Assembly: GCA_032117045.1 (NCBI GenBank)
Contig: JAUMAF010000032.1
Location: 1-58,797, forward strand
From: Pirellulales bacterium
Lineage (GTDB): Bacteria > Planctomycetota > Planctomycetia > Pirellulales > UBA1268
Direction of reading: 5' to 3'
Length of the DNA stretch: 58,797 nt
Under the pieces are notes generated by a model. The model worked only from the letters and a program-made list of their open reading frames with translations, did no database searches and had not been told where the DNA came from. Of the stretch, positions 55,250 to 58,797 are shown piece after piece; within the stretch, counting starts at the first letter, position 1, and each line of letters opens with the position of its first letter. The position numbers were made by a program, and so were the translations under genes.

Positions 55250-56763
55250 CCCGCGAGTTTCTCCCCGCCGCCACTACCGGCATCGTCTGCGAACCGTCCG
55301 CCCGCCCCCACGCGATCGAGGCCGATGCCGTCGTATTGTTCCTTGCAGAGGGAGGCATCGGCTCAGGAGCAGCCGCCGAACTCGATGCCGCCACCAGCGG
55401 GCTGCTCGGTCGGCTCGCCGCAGCCGGCGAGATCAGCGGCCGACGATACGAGTGCGTGCCGGTGCTCGCCGCCCCGGGGCTGCGTGCCGGGCAACTGGTC
55501 GTGGTTGGCCTCGGCAAACGGGAGACGGTCGACGCGGGTGTGCTGTATCGCGCCGCGGCCACCGCAGCCCGGCATCTTGCGGGCCGGCCGCGGAGCCGAG
55601 TCGTCTTCGTAGCCGATGGCTCGTGGACCACTCGGCAGATGGAGCAGGCGGTGGCAGGGGCCGCGGTGGGGATGGTCGGCCAGGATCTCTACCGCGCCGA
55701 GCCCAAGCGCACGCGATTCGGCACAACCATCTGGGCCGGCGCGCCGGTCGAGGCAGTCGAGCGGGGCACGATCATCGCTGACGGCGTCAATCTTGCCAGG
55801 CGGCTGGTCAACACGTCGCCCGACGACATCTACCCACAGTCGTTCGCCGACGAGTGCGCCACCATTGCGGGCCGCACCGGCCTCGAGATCGAGATCTGGG
55901 ACGAGGAACGGCTGGCCCGCGAACGCTGCCAGGCGATCCTGGCCGTCGGCCGTGGCAGTTCGCGGCCACCGCGAATCGTGATCCTCCGCTATCGCGGCAT
56001 GGGACGAACGGGGCAGCGACTTCCTTCTTCCTCGGAGCCGCCGTCGCTCGCCCTCGTAGGCAAGGGCGTGACCTTCGACTCCGGCGGCCTCTCGCTCAAG
56101 CCCTCGGAGGGCATGCTGACGATGAAGTGCGACATGTCGGGCGCCGCAGCCGTGCTCGGCGCGGCCGCCACGATCGCGTCGCTCAAGCTGCCAATCGACA
56201 TCGTGGCCGGCATCGGCCTCGTTGAAAACATGACCGGTCCGGCGGCCTACAAGCTCGGCGACGTGATCACGGCCCGAAGCGGAACGACGATCGAGGTGCA
56301 CAACACCGACGCCGAGGGCCGGATCGTGCTGGCCGACGTGCTCGACGTGATCAAGGGGGAGCATCCGCGACAGATCGTCGATCTCGCCACGCTCACCGGA
56401 GCCTGTGTCGTGGCCCTCGGCCAGGATGTCGCCGGGCTGTTCACCAATAACCAACCCTGCTGCGACGCCGTCGCGGCAGCTGCCCGCGAGATGGGCGAGT
56501 ACGTCTGGCAACTGCCGATGTATGCCGACTACGACGAGCAGATCAAGAGCGAGGTCGCCGACATCAAGAACGTGGGCGACGGCCGCTGGGGGGGCGCGAT
56601 CACTGCGGCAAAATTCCTGGAGCGATTCGTGGGGGGCATCCCCTGGACCCACGTCGACATCGCCGGCCCGGCCTTCTCAGAGAAGAGCCGGCCGTGGACG
56701 GATGGCGGGGCGACGGGCTCCATGGTGCGGCCGCTCGTCGAACTCGCCCGCGCGGGTGGTTGA
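55246..56763 (+). CDS. pepA: Leucyl aminopeptidase (M17)
   Basis: The ATG at 55246 overlaps the MMPL stop (ATGA). Motifs VGKGVTFDSGGLSLKP and the M17 signature NTDAEGRIVLADVL. Confidence 0.93.
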   Translation: MTREFLPAATTGIVCEPSARPHAIEADAVVLFLAEGGIGSGAAAELDAATSGLLGRLAAAGEISGRRYECVPVLAAPGLRAGQLVVVGLGKRETVDAGVLYRAAATAARHLAGRPRSRVVFVADGSWTTRQMEQAVAGAAVGMVGQDLYRAEPKRTRFGTTIWAGAPVEAVERGTIIADGVNLARRLVNTSPDDIYPQSFADECATIAGRTGLEIEIWDEERLARERCQAILAVGRGSSRPPRIVILRYRGMGRTGQRLPSSSEPPSLALVGKGVTFDSGGLSLKPSEGMLTMKCDMSGAAAVLGAAATIASLKLPIDIVAGIGLVENMTGPAAYKLGDVITARSGTTIEVHNTDAEGRIVLADVLDVIKGEHPRQIVDLATLTGACVVALGQDVAGLFTNNQPCCDAVAAAAREMGEYVWQLPMYADYDEQIKSEVADIKNVGDGRWGGAITAAKFLERFVGGIPWTHVDIAGPAFSEKSRPWTDGGATGSMVRPLVELARAGG

Positions 56764-56780
56764 ACATGACGGATCAAGGC

Positions 56781-56960
56781 GCGGGTCTGCCCATGCCCTA
56801 TCGCTGGACGTTCGCGGATGCCATCGTGGCATCCGCTCACTCGGATGCCGCCTGCACTTCGCCATCCTGGCTTCGTTTGGCGTCATACGCCGGCTCGCGG
56901 GCACGGGCAGCCCCTCGCTGAGTTTATGCCCGTACAAGCCGACCGGCCGTGAGGCCGCGG
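56781..56960 (-). repeat. Long structured intergenic element, full copy 3 (inverted orientation) with a terminal R1 hairpin
   Basis: Arms gggtctgcccatgccct (56783-56799) and gggcacgggcagcccc (56899-56914), outer span 132 bp. R1 at 56932-56960. Lies between the convergent pepA and pepF genes. Confidence 0.9.
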
Positions 56961-56975
56961 GCTCTGTCGTCTGGC

Positions 56976-58784
56976 TCAGAGGATCGTGCCGAGTTCGTCG
57001 ACGAGCTCCCCGAACCGGGTGAGGGCCGTGGCGACGGGCTCAGGTTTCTCGAGATCCACGCCCGCGTCGCGGAGGAGATCGAGTGGCCATTTCGACGAGC
57101 CCCCCCGGAGAAAGGCGAGGTAGGCGGCCAGCGCCCCGGGCTCGCCCTCGGCCACCTTCTTTGCCAGCGTGATCGCGGCCGCCAGGCCCGTCGCATACTT
57201 GTAGACGTAGAAAGCGTTGTAGAAGTGCGGAATACGGAGGCATTCGAGCTCGAGTTGCGTGTCGATCGCGAACCTCGGGCCGAAATAAGCGTCGAGCAAC
57301 TCCCGATGGATGCTCCGCAGCCGCTCGAGCGTCAGCGGCTCGCCCGCTTCCGCCGAGGCGTGACTCTTGCGCTCGAACTCGGCAAACATCGTCTGCCGCA
57401 CGATCGTGGCCCGAATCGAGTCGATCTCGCGGGAAATGATCGCGGCCCGCTCCTTGGGCGACGAGGCCCGCTGGAGCAAGAGCCGGGTCAGGAGTTGCTC
57501 GTTGAACGTGCTGGCCACCTCGGCCACGAAGATCGTGTAGCCCGAGTATTGATAGGGCTGGGCCTCGGCAGAACACCGCGTGTGCATCGAGTGGCCCGCC
57601 TCATGCGTGAGCGTGAAGACATGCTCGATCACGTCTTCCTGGAAGTTCATGAGGATGTAGGGATCCGAGTCGTACGTGCCCGAACTGAAGGCACCCGATC
57701 GCTTGCCGGCATTGGGGTAGCGGTCGCACCACCGGCCACGGAGCCCCTGCTCCAGTCGGCTGCAATAGTCGCTGCCCAGCGGCGCCAGCGACTCAACCAC
57801 CACGTCGACGGCCTGCTCCCAGGTATGCCGCTTCTCGAGCTCCGGCACGAGGGGCACATAGCAGTCGTAGTGGTGGATCTCGTCGAGGCCGAGGATCCGC
57901 TTCCGCAGGTCGTAGTAACGATGCACCGCCGGCAGATGGTCGCGGACCGCCTGCACCAACTGGTCATAGACGGCCAGCGGCACGTGATCGGCGAACAGGG
58001 CCGATTCGACGGCCGATGGATAGTTTCTCACCCGCGCCGCGTAGACATCGCGCTCGTTCGAACCGGAGAGCGTGGCCGCCAGGGCGTTGGCGTGGGCCTC
58101 GTACTGGTCGTAGAACTGGTGGAATGCCTTCTTTCGCACGTCCCGCGACGTGTCGTGCAGGAAGGTCGTGAAGTTCGCGTTCGAGAGTTCGATCTGCTCG
58201 CCCTCGCCGTTCGTCACGCTCCCAAACCTCAGATCGGCATCGGTGAGTTGCCGAAACACCTTCGCGGCCGTGCCCGCAAACGTGCCCTGCATCGCCAGCA
58301 GCTTTTCCTCGGGTTCCGAGAGGGTGTGAGCCCGCGTGCGAACGATCCGTTCGAGCAGGAGCCGATAGGGGGCAAGTAGCGGCAGATCCAGCCAGCCGGC
58401 GAGCGTGGCGGAGGGAATCGCCATGATCTCGGGCCGCAGAAAACTCGCCGCCTCGCCCGCCCGCGTCGACACGTGCTGAAACCGCCCGACCATCCGCTGC
58501 GGCTCGGCCGCCCCCTGGTCCTCGCTTGCCCGCAGCTGGGCATACGTCGCGAGCCGATCTCCTTCGCGGTCGTAGGCAAGATCGTGCGCGAGACACTCGG
58601 CCAGGCGTTCCACCGACGACCCGAGCGTGCCGACGAAGGCCGCGAACTCAGGAATCCGTGCCTCCCACGCCGCCAGCGCCGCTTCCCATTCCGCATCGGA
58701 GCGAAACAGGCTCGCCAGATCCCACGTATCCCCGACGGCCACGTCTTTCCGGGCCGGCAGCGTCTTCACGGCACCATCGCTCAT
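56976..58784 (-). CDS. pepF: Oligoendopeptidase F (M3B)
   Basis: 602 aa. Zinc motif THEAGHSMH. Start MSDGAVKTLPARKD at 58784. Confidence 0.92.
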   Translation of the reverse strand: MSDGAVKTLPARKDVAVGDTWDLASLFRSDAEWEAALAAWEARIPEFAAFVGTLGSSVERLAECLAHDLAYDREGDRLATYAQLRASEDQGAAEPQRMVGRFQHVSTRAGEAASFLRPEIMAIPSATLAGWLDLPLLAPYRLLLERIVRTRAHTLSEPEEKLLAMQGTFAGTAAKVFRQLTDADLRFGSVTNGEGEQIELSNANFTTFLHDTSRDVRKKAFHQFYDQYEAHANALAATLSGSNERDVYAARVRNYPSAVESALFADHVPLAVYDQLVQAVRDHLPAVHRYYDLRKRILGLDEIHHYDCYVPLVPELEKRHTWEQAVDVVVESLAPLGSDYCSRLEQGLRGRWCDRYPNAGKRSGAFSSGTYDSDPYILMNFQEDVIEHVFTLTHEAGHSMHTRCSAEAQPYQYSGYTIFVAEVASTFNEQLLTRLLLQRASSPKERAAIISREIDSIRATIVRQTMFAEFERKSHASAEAGEPLTLERLRSIHRELLDAYFGPRFAIDTQLELECLRIPHFYNAFYVYKYATGLAAAITLAKKVAEGEPGALAAYLAFLRGGSSKWPLDLLRDAGVDLEKPEPVATALTRFGELVDELGTIL

Positions 58785-58797
58785 CTCGTTGTTCCTG

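Overview
GC-rich bacterial chromosomal window (composition judged by eye, not computed). Protein signatures point to a Planctomycetota-like organism: PEP-CTERM tails, autotransporter-associated beta-strand repeats, a DUF1559-like tail, an N-terminal FERLERRxxL motif and a PEGA lipoprotein. This lineage call is an inference. I support about 34 protein-coding genes, mostly housekeeping: recQ, tal, AraC regulator + arylsulfatase, a livJ-like/livHMGF operon, rlmKL, carB, an AhpD-like protein, a PEGA/PaaK-like/DUF971 operon, a PP2C phosphatase, a Kdo/WaaP-like kinase + LptF/G permease, a TIM-barrel isomerase, an HExxH protein, tkt, an ECF sigma/anti-sigma pair, an NCS2-like permease, a second AraC regulator, three PEP-CTERM surface proteins (one of 1222 aa), an LptD-like outer-membrane protein, an MMPL/RND exporter, pepA and pepF. 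I found no tRNA, rRNA or CRISPR array. The unusual content is non-coding. (1) A ~190-250 bp structured intergenic element occurs as 3 full and 2 partial copies. (2) A short GC hairpin family with a UCAC/GUGA tetraloop occurs 14 times, including a 35-bp x3 tandem array. (3) A perfect 61-bp x2 double-hairpin tandem repeat sits next to (4) two inverted, decayed IS91-family transposase remnants. These remnants bracket an amidohydrolase gene with atypical codon usage, and each carries the short hairpin at its outer end. Other points are a carB promoter with a T7 initially-transcribed tract, a promoter/leader/terminator module upstream of the giant PEP-CTERM gene, and a LivG ATPase with a ~180-aa two-helix insertion. 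Long antisense ORFs in the ORF track are treated as high-GC shadow ORFs. All homology calls come from motif recognition by eye. No database search was run.
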